From NCBI RefSeq assembly GCF_006345805.1, contig NC_043001.1:22692001-22756000 (forward strand): a stretch of 64,000 nucleotides of DNA, in the 5' to 3' direction. The notes beneath the pieces were generated by a model. It was not told the origin of the DNA, searched no databases, and saw only the letters and a program-made list of their open reading frames with translations. Made by a program: the position numbers and the translations under genes. This document shows, piece by piece, positions 40,537 through 52,575 of this stretch. The first letter of the stretch is position 1. Each line of letters opens with the position of its first letter. This DNA is from Octopus sinensis (Eukaryota).

Positions 40537-41799
40537 TTGGGTTGTCTGGAAAGTTCATGCCGATTTTTAAAGGAAAGAAAAAGATCAATAAATACTTGCC
40601 ATTACATTTTTAATCAACCAAATTTGAACCATTTTGTTGCACAATGCATCTCCATCTTTCCTTTAACTTGAAAATGCCCTCTTCCCAGAATTGAGGTGGT
40701 TTCATGGCAAAGAATTCATCAAGGTATCTTTTATGTCATCTAAAGAATTGAAATTTTTACCTTTAAGACTATTCTTCAGAGACCTGAATAAGTGGAAATC
40801 TGAAGGAGCAATATTTGGTGAATATGGAGGGTGGAGTAACACATCCCAGCTGAGCTTCAGCAATTTTTGTCTGGTTCCCAAAGAAATGTGCGGTCTTGCA
40901 TTGTCATGTTGGAAAACAACACCCTTCCTGTTGGCCAATTCTGGACGTGTCTCTTGAATTGCTGCTTTTAACTCGTCCAGTTGTGTGCAGTATTTCTCAG
41001 CATTAATTGTCTGGTTACTTGGGAGAAGCTCATAGTACAGAATTCCTTTCCAATCCCACTAGACACAAAACAAAACTTTTTTTAGGGTGGTTAAGGGTAG
41101 CTCATGTCACTTACTCTGGGATTGCTTTCTCTGAACATTTCAGTAGATAATCCATTTCTTATCACCTGTCACAATTTGCTTTAAAAAAGGCGTGTTTTCA
41201 TTCTGTTTATAAAGCGAATCACAGATGGAAATGCGATCCAAAAGGTTCTTCTCACACAACTCATGTGGTACCCAAACATTGTAGCGTTTGTATACCCAAG
41301 CTTTACCAGGTGCTCATGAATGACGGATTTTGATAGGTTGAGGCTTTCTGCCAATTCTCGGGTTGTACAATGTGGGTTATTCTCAATTAATGACTTGATT
41401 TGGTCATCATCTGTAGTGGATGGTCTGCCTGATCACTCTTTATCAATAAGGCTACAATCTCCAGCTCAGAACCTTGCGAACCACTTCCGTACAGTTCTTT
41501 CAGATATAGAAATATAACCGTAAACTGTGCATATTTTTTGGTTGCTTGTGAGGCATTTTTCCCTTTACGGAAAAAGAAAAGCATCAAGTGCCGAAAATGA
41601 ACTTTCTTATCTTCCATTTTAAAGGGTTACAGAATTAACACAGGTTATAGGAACATAAACCTTCTGCCACGAAAAGATAGCTTAAACTGTGCTCTAAATG
41701 GTGGTGTAGTCAAATCCTATTTTATGGACTCAACCATGTTCTAAAATAAGTTGAAAGGTAAGCTACTATAAATCAGCACAAACTTTCCGGACAACCCAA
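40537..41799 (-). mobile_element. mariner element, full-length (~1.26 kb), decayed
   Basis: TIRs TTGGGTTGTC(T/C)GGAAAGTT flanked by TA; MEDKKVHFRHLMLFFFRKGKNA; HDNARPH; HPPYSPNIAPSDFHLF. Confidence 0.95.
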
Positions 41800-42461
41800 T
41801 AATTACACTTGTGGTGGGGAAAAAACAAAACAACTCTAATTCTGGTACAGAAAGTCATGGGGGATAACTTTGAAATTTAAATTGTGGTTGCTTGACTTGC
41901 TAGAAACAGCAGCCCTATCTCCTCAAATTGCATGTTATTATCTTCAAAGAGCAGTCAGATCACATGAGATAATATAGGCCTGTCTTTATTTATAGTTTCA
42001 GGTGGGTTGCCTGGACCATTTCTACTTTTTCTGTCCAAGTGTTCTTGTCTTCCATTTGTAAACCAACATTCTGAATGACGGCCAATGTATGTCATTCTGA
42101 GTCACCTAACATGAGAATTCCCATGGTTTGTGATCCACAGATGCAACTCCCTCATTAATTCATCTATGCTTTGTTAGCAGTGACCACCACCTCTTGTCCT
42201 CTGCTCTCAAGAAATTGATGATATTTCCATAAAGCTTCTCTTTCATTGGATGTTGTTTCTATGTTTTATAAGAACATGCAACATGTGTAGGTACCATCAA
42301 GCTTGCTTTCTTGTTTTTTGTCAGTCTATGCTGATGACCCATGAAGAAGAATTGAGTCTATGACTGAATAATGTCTTTTTCATCTGATTAAGCAATGCTA
42401 TGCAGATTGATACATACTCCTAAAAAGACAGGGTGGTCATAGTTGGAATACATAAAGGACT

Positions 42462-42592
42462 CATCATCATCATCATCATTGGTTGAGACAATGGAATTAA
42501 CCATGCTACGCCAGACTTCACGGTCCATCATAGCATTACGGAGGTCCTGTTGCTGGATGCCTTTATCCCTGGAGATTACATCAGGGTAGGAC
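42462..42592 (-). mobile_element. RTE-like LINE 3' terminus
   Basis: SYPDVISRDKGIQQQDLRNAMMDREVWRSMV followed by an (ATG)n tail. Confidence 0.65.
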
Positions 42593-42979
42593 TACAAAGA
42601 AGGAACATAAGGGGCTTACAAATTCAAAATATCTTGACAGAAAAATACATAAAACATACAGAAATTGGTTATTGATGGGGCAAAGTGGGATGCAATTAAT
42701 ACACTATATTATATAATTTGGGAATATTCGATGTTGTCCAATACATAATGTTAAGGGTGTGACTTACATGTTAAAATTTGTTTGGTTAGATCTGGGAAAC
42801 TTTATTGATGAAGGATCTAATATCTGTTATTGTGGAACACATTGGATTGATGCTGAATTACAACTCTTGTCCTCTGGTAGCCACGAGAAAATACATGCTT
42901 TAAAAATTTATAAATTGATTTTCAGTCTCCTGGGGAAGATACAACTTTCTTTTGTGTTGCTTCTCGGATTATGCAAGAA

Positions 42980-43259
42980 TTGTCAACACACACATTGGGT
43001 CACTCCGAAAAGCTCTATCTACGACAATTTCATCTCAATCGAAGGAGAGGGGCTTTCTCCATCCGGGTTGCGGATCCGTGGAATAAGCTGCCGGACGAGA
43101 TAGTGAAGATGCAGACGACCGCTCAGTTCAAAGTCTCTCTTGACCAGAAATGGCCTGAACTCTTTGTATGACCACCCTCCCTGTACATAACTCCCTGTCC
43201 CCCTACATGGCCTTGCTTTTACTTTTTGAGCCAATAAAAATCGAATTGAATTGAATTGA
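42980..43259 (+). mobile_element. CR1/L2-type LINE 3' end
   Basis: GHSEKL..RRGAFSIRVADPWNKLPDEIV..FKVSLD; AATAAA and (GAATT)n tail. Confidence 0.85.
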
Positions 43260-43829
43260 GGTTCTTGAAGACCAAGTTTGAATCTTAAGAATACATTGTA
43301 AAAATTGGCTAAAGAACTGCAAAATATTATCAACTTCTATGTCTCATCAATTGATAGCTATGAGAAAACATTTAAATTTTCCTAGTCATTTACCTTGGTC
43401 ATAAGACTTTTTAAAAGAATATCTGGGTGGGTGGTTTCCTTACTTTCTTGATTAACCCTCCTCAAAAGACTTGTTAATTAAAACAGCTCAACAAATTTTA
43501 TGATCTATTCAAATAGACAGGCATCACCTTTTACTTGTTTCAGTCATTGGACTGCAGCCATGCTGGAGCACTGACTTGAATGGCTCAGTAAAATACTATA
43601 AACTTTATCAATATGTTTTACAATGGCTTAGTCAGAGGAGGAACGGTAGCCCCTATGGTCCTTTTCATTAACTTCGGCTGGTGAGACAAAGGGATTCCCA
43701 GATCAGATACCTTTCTACAAAGTTGGCATCACTAAAGTCATTCAAAATAGTGGTGGGGGTGTTAAACAAGATTATGAGCTAAGTCTACCACCCCAAAAAT
43801 AGGAATTGTCCTTATCAGCTTTCACAGTT

Positions 43830-44105
43830 TCTTATTTCTTTATTGCCCACAAGGGGCTAAACATAGAGGAGACAAACAAGGACAGACGAAGGGATTAAGT
43901 TGATTACATCGACCCCAGTGCGTAACTGGTACTTAATTTATTGACCTCGAAAGGATGAAAGGCAAAGTTGACCTCAGCAGAATTTGAACTCGGAACTTAA
44001 TGGCAGATGAAATACTTATTTCTTTACTACCCACAAGGGGCTAAACACAGAGAGGACAAGCGAACGGATTAAGTCAATTATATCGACCCCCAGTGCATAA
44101 CTGGC
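43830..44105 (-). mobile_element. SINE family M dimer fragment
   Basis: Two units joined at GAAATACTTATTTCTTTACTACCC. Confidence 0.8.
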
Positions 44106-44116
44106 TATATAATTAA

Positions 44117-44420
44117 GTGGAGGCACATGGCTTAGTGGTTAGAGCAGCGGACTTGCGGTCGAGGGATCGAAGGTTCGAATCTCAGACCAGGCGATGTGTG
44201 TGTTTAAGAAACTCCTAAACTCTATGCGGCTCCAGCAGAAGGTAATGGCGAACTTCTGCTGACTCTTTTGCCACAACTTTCTCTCACTTTTTCCTCCTGC
44301 ATCTTGCAGTTCATCTGCAATGGACTGGCGTTCTGTCCAGGTGGGGAACCTATACGCCAAGGAAACCGGGAAACCGGCCCTTATGAGCCAGGCATGGCTC
44401 GAGAAGGAACAAACAACAAA
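44117..44420 (+). mobile_element. tRNA-derived SINE family B
   Basis: GTGGAGGCACATGGCTTAGTGGTTAG..GGTTCGAATCTC..GAGAAGGAACAAACAAC. Confidence 0.9.
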
Positions 44421-44434
44421 CATAATTGATTAAA

Positions 44435-45238
44435 TTAACCCCAGCACTCGATTTGTATTTTATTTTATTGACCCACTACCTGGAAGGATGAAATCAAAGT
44501 TGACCTCTATAGAATTTGAACTTAGAATGTAAGAGGCCATAATTAAAACTGCAAGGTATTTTTACCTGATACTCTTATCCATTCTACAGTTCTCCTGGTC
44601 CTCTATTAATGGGTAATAATAATAATATAGGTTTCAAATTTTTGGGGAGGGGGGTAAACTGATTACATTGACCCCAATGCTCACCTGATACTTATTTATG
44701 GACCTTGAAAGGATGAAAGACAAAGTCAACTTTGGCGGAATGTGAACTCAGAACGTAGAGATGGGCAAAATGTCTCTAAGCATTTTGCCAAGTGTGCTAA
44801 CAATTCTGTCAGCTTGCTACTTGGGTGACAATGATATACTTTTCTACTCTAGGCACAAGGCCCGAAATTTTTGGGGAGTGGAGCAGTTGATTAGATTGAC
44901 CTCAGTACATAACTGGTACTTAATTTATTGACCCTGAAAGGATGAAAGGCAAAGTCAACCTCGGCGGAATTTGAACTCGGAATGTTAAAACAGAGGAAAT
45001 ACCTATTTCTTTACTACCCACAAGGGGCTAAACACAGAGGGGAAAAACAAGGACAGACAAACGGATTAAGTCGATTACATCGACCCCCCCAGTGCATAAC
45101 TGGTACTTAATTTATCGACCCCGAAAGGATGAAAGGCAAAGTCGATCTCGGTGGAATTTGAACTCAACGAAATGGCAGACGAAATACTGCTAAGCATTTT
45201 GCCTGGCATGCTAACGTTTCTTCCAGCTTGCCGCCTTC
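44435..45238 (-). mobile_element. cluster of family M SINE copies
   Basis: Four GAAAGGATGAAA(G)GCAAAGTC cores. Confidence 0.8.
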
Positions 45239-46297
45239 TGGGTAATAATGATATAGGAAAGAGTTATGTCTTGGTAGAGCAGAAGATTAAATGATTTATA
45301 TTCATCTGTATTCTGGATTTAAATTTTATCATTGTCAACTATGAGGTCAAGTCCTCATTGCAGAGTGATGGCTGGTGTACTTAAATGACCCTAGGAGCAA
45401 TGTCAGTACAGACAGAGTACAAACTCCTGGTAGGACCTCCCATGCTGAACAGGTCAAAGAATAGAGGTCAGACAATATGTACCACCTCTTTGTGTAGGGG
45501 CCATACCTCTAGCTAGAAAAAAAGCAAAGTTACAGAATCATCAATGACATTTCAAAACCAACAAGACCTGAAAGAAGAAAGCCTTCCATACTGAGGGAGG
45601 GCCCTGCCCAGAGTTGAGAACAGTGGACAGAAGCCAATGGCCTATGCTTCTCAGGGGGCAAAGGGCTTAAATAAGTAATAGCCAATTTCACAAAGTTTCA
45701 TCCATTTAAATAAGTTATTAGAACTCTGTGATTTGGTGAATAGTAACTTACTTCTAGGCAGACAGTGTCACAAGAAATTAATGTTATTAACATCGTTTTG
45801 TCAAATAATTAGAATTTATAGCATTTGCTCTGCTTGGATTGAAATTTAATTTTCCATTTCTATGACACAACTTACCTAAACCATTTTCTCTCTATGGAAC
45901 ACCAACCATCAGTGACATTTCCATACTGTTCTTGACTCTGGGCTGTTCTCCCTGGGGGAAAGAACATCCTTTCTCAGATCTTGTTGGTTTTGAATTATCA
46001 TTGATGCTTTTGTAACTTTCTTTTTTCTAGGTAGGGTTGTTGCCCCTTCACAAACCTATTTTTACCTGTAGGAAGTGGTAGCACACCTGAGTCTGGTCTC
46101 TATCTTTTGACACTGTCCAGCATGGGAGACCTTACCAGGAGCTTGCACTCCACTGATATAACTTTCAGGGTCATTGAGACACACAAGCTACCACACAGCA
46201 ACAAGGACTGAGTCTTATGGTGGCCTATGAGACAAAGTATAATGGTAACACTAAAATTCATAGGAAGACTAACAAGAAAGTGAACTGTATGAATCAG

Positions 46298-46800
46298 TCA
46301 TCATCATCATGATGCTAGCATGGGTTGGATGATTTGACTGATGACTGGCAAACCAGATGGTTGCACCAGGCTCCAATCTGATCTGGCGGAGTTTCTACAG
46401 CTGGATGCCCTTCCTAATGCCAACCACTCCAAGAGTGTTGTGGGTGCTTTTATGTGCCACTGGCACAAGGGCCAGTCAGGCAGTACTGGCAATGGCCATG
46501 CTCAAATGGTGTTTTTTATGTGCCACCTGCACAGGAACCAGCCCAGTGGCACTGGCAACGACCTCACTCAAATGTCTTTTCATGTGCCACTGGCACAAGT
46601 GTCAGTGAGGCAACACTGGTAACAATCATGCTCGAATGGTGCTTTTTACGTGCCACTGGCACGGAGGCCAGTTGGCTGCTCTGGCAACAATCACGCTTGG
46701 ATGGTGCTCTTAGTGCTCCACTTGCACAGATGCTAGTCATCGATTTTTTGATTTCTATTTCACTTGCCTCAACAGGTCTTTACAAGCAGAGTTTGGTCTT
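46298..46800 (-). mobile_element. family E repeat
   Basis: Closely matches 10570-11080. Confidence 0.85.
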
Positions 46801-47245
46801 CGCAAGTAATTTAAAATGCATCCAAGCACAAAAATAAAGAATATCAATGCAATGTATCCATCATAACAGTAACAAAATGCTGGTAATGCAGGAAACATTT
46901 CAACTCATAGGAAGAAGAATCCAGGCAATTGATATAAGAGGCTGAGGTGATGTAAAAATGTACACACATGCTCAAAAATAATGTTGATACTATGTACATA
47001 TCTCAGTATCAAATAAGAACATAACAATAGATATAGCTGCTGGGAGATTATGACAAAAATGCAAGTAGCTGACTAATGAGAAACGAACTGATTCACTATC
47101 CACAGTGATTTCTTACGCCTCTACCTGTACTCATTGATTTAGTTGTTTTTATGTAACAAGACCGTTAAATATCAACTATGTTTAAATGCCTGAGATGAAT
47201 TGCTGATAAGATTATAGCTTTCTAGATTATTAATTTCATGTTTAA

Positions 47246-47466
47246 CCCTTTCGTTACTGTATTTGTTTTGAGATGCTCTATGTTTCTTTCAGTTATTTTA
47301 AATGTGACAAAGAATTTAGTAAAATAACTTAGTTATCATTAAGCTAGTGTTAGGAACATAAATTGTGACTAAGGTTTGGTGGAAAATTTTATTTCAAAAT
47401 TTATGAAAACAAGACATTTGTACTACAGAGCCAGAGGCGGTTTCAGGCAGGTTGGTATTGAAAGGG
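47246..47466. mobile_element. piggyBac-type MITE
   Basis: TTAA-CCCTTTCG ... GAAAGGG-CTAA; same family as 28962 and ~34465-34664. Confidence 0.8.
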
Positions 47467-48769
47467 CTAAACTGTATATTTACAGTTTACAATAATTTCG
47501 TTATTATTACATCTATACTGTTTTGACCTTTCTTCATCATTGGAGAAAGTTCAAGACTGGATTTGAATTAGGAATGGATTTGAATTAAGAATCTATAAGG
47601 TTCCAACTTCGAATCCAGTCTGGGACACTCAATATAACCAAGAATAAGACACCTGCAATTAAATGGAGAATTTAGTGCAAATCTAAATACTGCACAGTAT
47701 GCTGAAGAGAATTAGAGCCTGTAGAAGTATAAGATAATTCAACCATATCTTTTTGAAGCCTAACTTCTTAGAGTTTGGTTTCAAGAAAGATTCATAGAGT
47801 TTTCATTTCAATAACTCAACAAAATATTTCAAGCATTCGATAAGTTTGTCTCAATACAGTCGAGAATGCAAACTGAATTTGCCATTCTGATTTTCAAAAT
47901 ATTTTCACTGAGCAGTTTTTACTTAATCAAACATCCGTCTTATAAATAACCCCCATTTCAATGAGGAAGAACTTCCAAGTGATTACCTTATGTACTCAAG
48001 AATTATATAACATATAACAATATAACGAGGAAATATATGATTTAATATGATAGTTGTCCAAGTCTAGCCATATGAGTGTAGCATCATTTCTTATAAATGA
48101 GCAGCACAACATTCTGTATCCCAAACAAGGAAGGTATTCACAAATTTGGAATTATTTTTTAACAAATTGCTTCTCAATGATTTTTATAGTTATGAGTGGG
48201 CCTGACGAAGCCTTCCAGCTTCACAGACCCCAGTTGACCCGTCCAACCCATGCTAGCATGGAAAGCGGACGCTAAATGATGATGATGATGATGAGTCTTG
48301 TATTCTGCTTCAAGAGACAAACATATATTTAGTATGCTCAAGTCACAGAATCTTCCAGACTATTCCTGTTTAAGATATTGATGTAATTTCCATGGTAATG
48401 AGCTGTGAATTTTGAGCCTGCTTTAGCATGAAACACAAGAGACACATCTAAGATTATTCAGAAAACGGTGGCTCTATAAGAATCTCCATTTTCTGAATAA
48501 TTATTCATGAGATTTATTCACACGAATGGGGTCACTCATACGTTGTCTCATGTCTGTCTTAATACAAGTTATTAATTGGCCTTATATATTCCTAATATCA
48601 GCTTTTTAATTGCTTAATTGAAACGTTCCTAACTGAAAATGTTAAAAAATTTTTTTTTTATAAAAAAAGCGAATGTATACACAGAACGATCACTAGATCT
48701 TATTTTGAAGTTAACATAACAAGTAATGGTATTCTAAATATTTTCAGCTGGTAAAAAGTTATCCATCTC

Positions 48770-49210
48770 GCTGGCTCATAAGGGCCGGTTTCCCGGTTTC
48801 CTTGGTGTATAGGTTCCCCACTTGGACGGGACGTCGCAGCTACAAAGTGAAAGAATGAGAGAAAGTTGTGGCGAAATAGTCAGCAGAAGTTCGCCATTAC
48901 CTTCTGCCGGAGCCTTTGGAGCTTAGGTGTTTAGCTCATACACACACACATCGCCCGGTCTGAGATCCCTTGACCGCGAGTCTGCTGCTCTAACCACTAG
49001 GCCATGTGCCTCCACTAAAAATGTTCCTTCTCGAGCCATGCCAGGCTCATAAGGGCTGATTTCCCAGTTTCAGTAATGTAGAAGTTCCCCACCTGGACGG
49101 GACGCCGGTCCGTCGAAGGATTACAACGTAAATTGAAGTGAAATGAAGCATCGCCCGGTCCAGGATTCGAAACCACAACCTTACTATCAGGAGTTCAACA
49201 CCCTAACCGC
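48770..49210 (-). mobile_element. adjacent family B and family D SINEs
   Basis: CTCTAACCACTAGGCCATGTGCCTCCAC head at ~49015; second head ..GGATTCGAAACC..CCCTAACC at ~49160-49210. Confidence 0.8.
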
Positions 49211-50006
49211 TGTGAAGTAGCATCTACAAATCTATATAGATGCTTATTAGCTGCAATAACATCCTATGGAAATATTTGGACAATTTTTAATTCTATATGA
49301 AGTTCAAATTAGGAAATGATTCCTAATTTGAACACATTCATGTGCACCTTTATAAAAAAAATTTAAGTAAAATATAATCGGTGTATATCACCTTTCCAAA
49401 AAGAAACAACAAGAATAATCTGTTGGTTCTCGGTTACATTGAAATGAAACGAGTAAAGAACTGGGCACAAAATTGCAAATTATATCCCTTAGAACAGTGA
49501 ATGAAACAAGGGAGAGAATTAGTGAACAAAACAAGAGTTTTTTCCCTTGTACTGATAGATATTTGAAAGTATTGAAAAAATTCATAGAAAAAGCGAGTTA
49601 AGTATGATTAAGAAGTTTGCTTTGCAACCAGTGGCTCTGAATTCACTTCTACCGTAGAACATCATCTGCGTATGTCTTCTATGATAGATATGGCTGGGAG
49701 AATTATTGCATGAGTGTAATTTGGTGAATGTAACTGTTGAAAAACTTTTGAAGGCGGAGTCCCACCCAGGGTCAAAGTCCAAACGTATCTTTTATCTGTT
49801 TCAGTCAGATTGTGGCCATGCTACAGTACCGCCTAAAAGAATTTATAGCCGAAAGAATCGACTCCAGTATGTAATTTGTTTTGCTAAACTTGGGGCTTAT
49901 TTGATCGGACTGTTCTGCTGAACCTCTAAGTTCGTATACACACCAATACCGGTTGTCAAGCGGTGTTGGGGGCAAACGCAGACACGATCACTCATACACA
50001 CACACA

Positions 50007-50414
50007 TTGGGTTGAGGAATAATTCATGAGCGTTTTTTTCAAATTTATTTTAACAAAAAAAAAAAAAATTCCCATCGTTCAATAAGTTTTTCGATGCCTC
50101 GGCGATAGAAATCTCCCGGTCTTGACTCAAAGAATTCGAGGATGAAGATCTCTTTTTGCACGCGGAGTCGCTTGTTTGTCGGGGCTGAGCCATTCTTTTC
50201 GCTGCTTCATATTGACGTGAAGACACCATTTTTCATCGCCAGTGACAATGCGGTGAAGAATATGTTGTTTGTGACCATGTGTTGAGTAATGTCGAGCGAG
50301 CAAACGGGCAGCAATCGCGGAGCGTTGATTTTTGTTGTTTTCGCTCTAAGTGTATGGCATCCAAGCGCTGAGTTTCGGAACCTTGCCCATTGAATGAAGG
50401 TGGTTCACTACAGC

Positions 50415-50455
<41 letters not shown>

Positions 50456-50944
50456 CATCATTTTATCACAATCCATCTACTCCGCCATTTCTCTGGTCGT
50501 TTGACGTTGATTTTTGTGAAAAAGTCCATTCGATCGCTTTTCATCGAACTCAATTGGTCGACCGGTGTGTGATCCGTCCTTGAGGTCAAAATTCCCAATT
50601 TTGAAACGTGAAAACCAATGGTAGGCGGTACTATGAGGCATTACTCCTCCATATATACATCACAAACCTCACGAGTAGCTTCGGCAGCCTTAACACATCG
50701 GTTAAATGCAAAAGCAAATGGTGTCGAAAATGCTCGGTTTTGTTCACTTGACATTCCATTTCAATGATCCGAAAATATACAAAAATCAATAAAATTAAAA
50801 TATCAAAGCATACAATCTTGTAGAGCAAAATGTTCTCTTTTGAAAAACAAAGCATCTTGCTAATGGGTTTTATTTCTGCGTACGTTTTTAAATTTGGGAA
50901 AAAAAGAAAAAAAAAAGACGCTCATGAATTATTCCTTAACCCAA
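50007..50944 (-). mobile_element. internally deleted mariner nested in a family C SINE (49790-51082)
   Basis: TIRs TTGGGTT(G/A)AGGAATAATTCATGAGCG; MECQVNKTEHFRHHLL; IVTGDEKW-like segment; SINE halves on both sides. Confidence 0.9.
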
Positions 50945-51101
50945 TACAACAGGCTTCTTTCAGTTTCCGTCTACCAAAATCCACTTACAAGGCTTTGGTC
51001 GGCTCGAGGCTTTAGAAGAAGAAATTTGGCCAAGGTGCCACACAGTGGGACTGAACCCGGAACTGTGGTTGGAAAGCAAGCTTCTTACCACACAGCCATG
51101 C

Positions 51102-51143
<42 letters not shown>

Positions 51144-51316
51144 TTAGTTCAAATTTACAGAAAAACAAAAACAGGCGTAGGTATAACAAACATGTGTATT
51201 AGTTTAACACTCAGGAAAAGTCTTTTACGTTTCGAGCCGATGCTCTTCAACAGAAAGGAATAACAGGAAACAAATAGAGAGAAACTGAAAAAAAAAACGA
51301 AAGAGAATAACTATAT

Positions 51317-51396
<80 letters not shown>

Positions 51397-51400
<4 letters not shown>

Positions 51401-51779
51401 GTCAGCCGCTTCAACCTGCTAGTCCGACAGCTACAGACATGTTTCAGGGTTGTTGCCCCTTATCAATGCAGCGTAGTCAGACCTGCAGGTGACGCTACTG
51501 ACCATCTCTGTTCGAAGATTTTACCTAGTTACGGTGGAATACATCCACTTGTTTTCAATAATAGAAATATTAAAATTACTAAGTCTCTTTAAAAGAGATT
51601 ACGACAGCGTTTCTGGAAATTAATAGTTATCGCCATACTAATATGGCATTCTTAAAAATAAGAATAAAGCCGTCGCTGATTAGCTCCATGAAGCCATCGC
51701 CTCAAGCTAGCTACTTGACACACAAACTGCGTCCGTTATTAAACCTTCGAACAGGGGAGGTCAGCCTCTTCAACCTGCT
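51397..51779 (-). mobile_element. retrozyme/Penelope-pLTR-like unit (359-bp period) carrying a hammerhead
   Basis: 24-bp direct repeat GGAGGTCAGCC(G/T)CTTCAACCTGCT at 51397-51420 and 51756-51779 encloses the hammerhead. Confidence 0.55.
51421..51483 (-). ncRNA. type I hammerhead ribozyme, U3-A8 core variant
   Basis: Minus strand GGUCUGAC-UAC-GCUGCA-UUGAUAA-GGGG-CAACAA-CCCU-GAAA-CAUGUC/UGUAGC-U-GUCGGACU: stems I and II, palindromic stem III ACAUGU and GUC cleavage triplet all present. Confidence 0.75.
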
Positions 51780-51879
51780 TACTTGTTTTAGTCTGCAGCC
51801 ATGGTGGGGCACTGCTTCGAAGAATCATTTTAGACGAACGAATCGACTCCAGTACTTATTTTTAAATGTCATACTCTTT

Positions 51880-52252
51880 TACTCTTTTACTTGTTTCAGT
51901 CATTTAACTGTAGCCATGCTGGACCACCGCCTTTAGTCGATCAAATCGACTCCAGGACTTATTCTCAGGAAGCCTAGTACTATCGGTTGCTTTTGCTGAA
52001 CCGCTAAGTTACGGGGACGTAAACACACCAGCATCGGTTGTCAAGCGATGTTGGGGGGACAAACACAGACACACAAACGTACACACATACATATATACGA
52101 CGGACTTTTTTCAGTTTCCCCCTACCAAATCCACTCACAAAGCTTTGATTGGCCCGAGGCTATAGTAGAAGACACTTGGCCAAGGTGCCACGCAGTGGGA
52201 CTGAACCCGGAACCATGTGACTGTTAAGCAGGCTACTTACCACACAGCCACT
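51880..52252 (-). mobile_element. SINE family C, well preserved
   Basis: Full tail-to-head match with 55397 and 62587. Confidence 0.9.
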
Positions 52253-52399
52253 CTTACGCCGCATTGTTTTTTCTTTTTTATTTTTGTGTTTCCACTCACA
52301 GAAGAGTATGGAATTATAGAATTTTAAAAAAGTGGCCAGAGTTGTGGTTGGAAACATGGTGAATAACCTTGAGGGCTTTTTATCACGTCAGACGTCAAG

Positions 52400-52575
52400 G
52401 CTTTAGTGTGTCGGTGCCCAGAGAAGAAAGAGGTTCAAGGCAAGATGACTGACTACGAAGGCTATTTGTCTGGTTGCACGTCTCTGGAGAGCTTCCAGTA
52501 GATTGGTATTCTGGATAAGATGGGGACTACCAACTGGAAATACTAATTGTAAGTGAAGCCCGATATCAAGAGTGG
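52400..52575 (-). mobile_element. CR1-type LINE fragment
   Basis: SPHLIQNTNLLEALQRRATRQI resembles SPHLKKDIXXLERVQRRATK. Confidence 0.7.
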
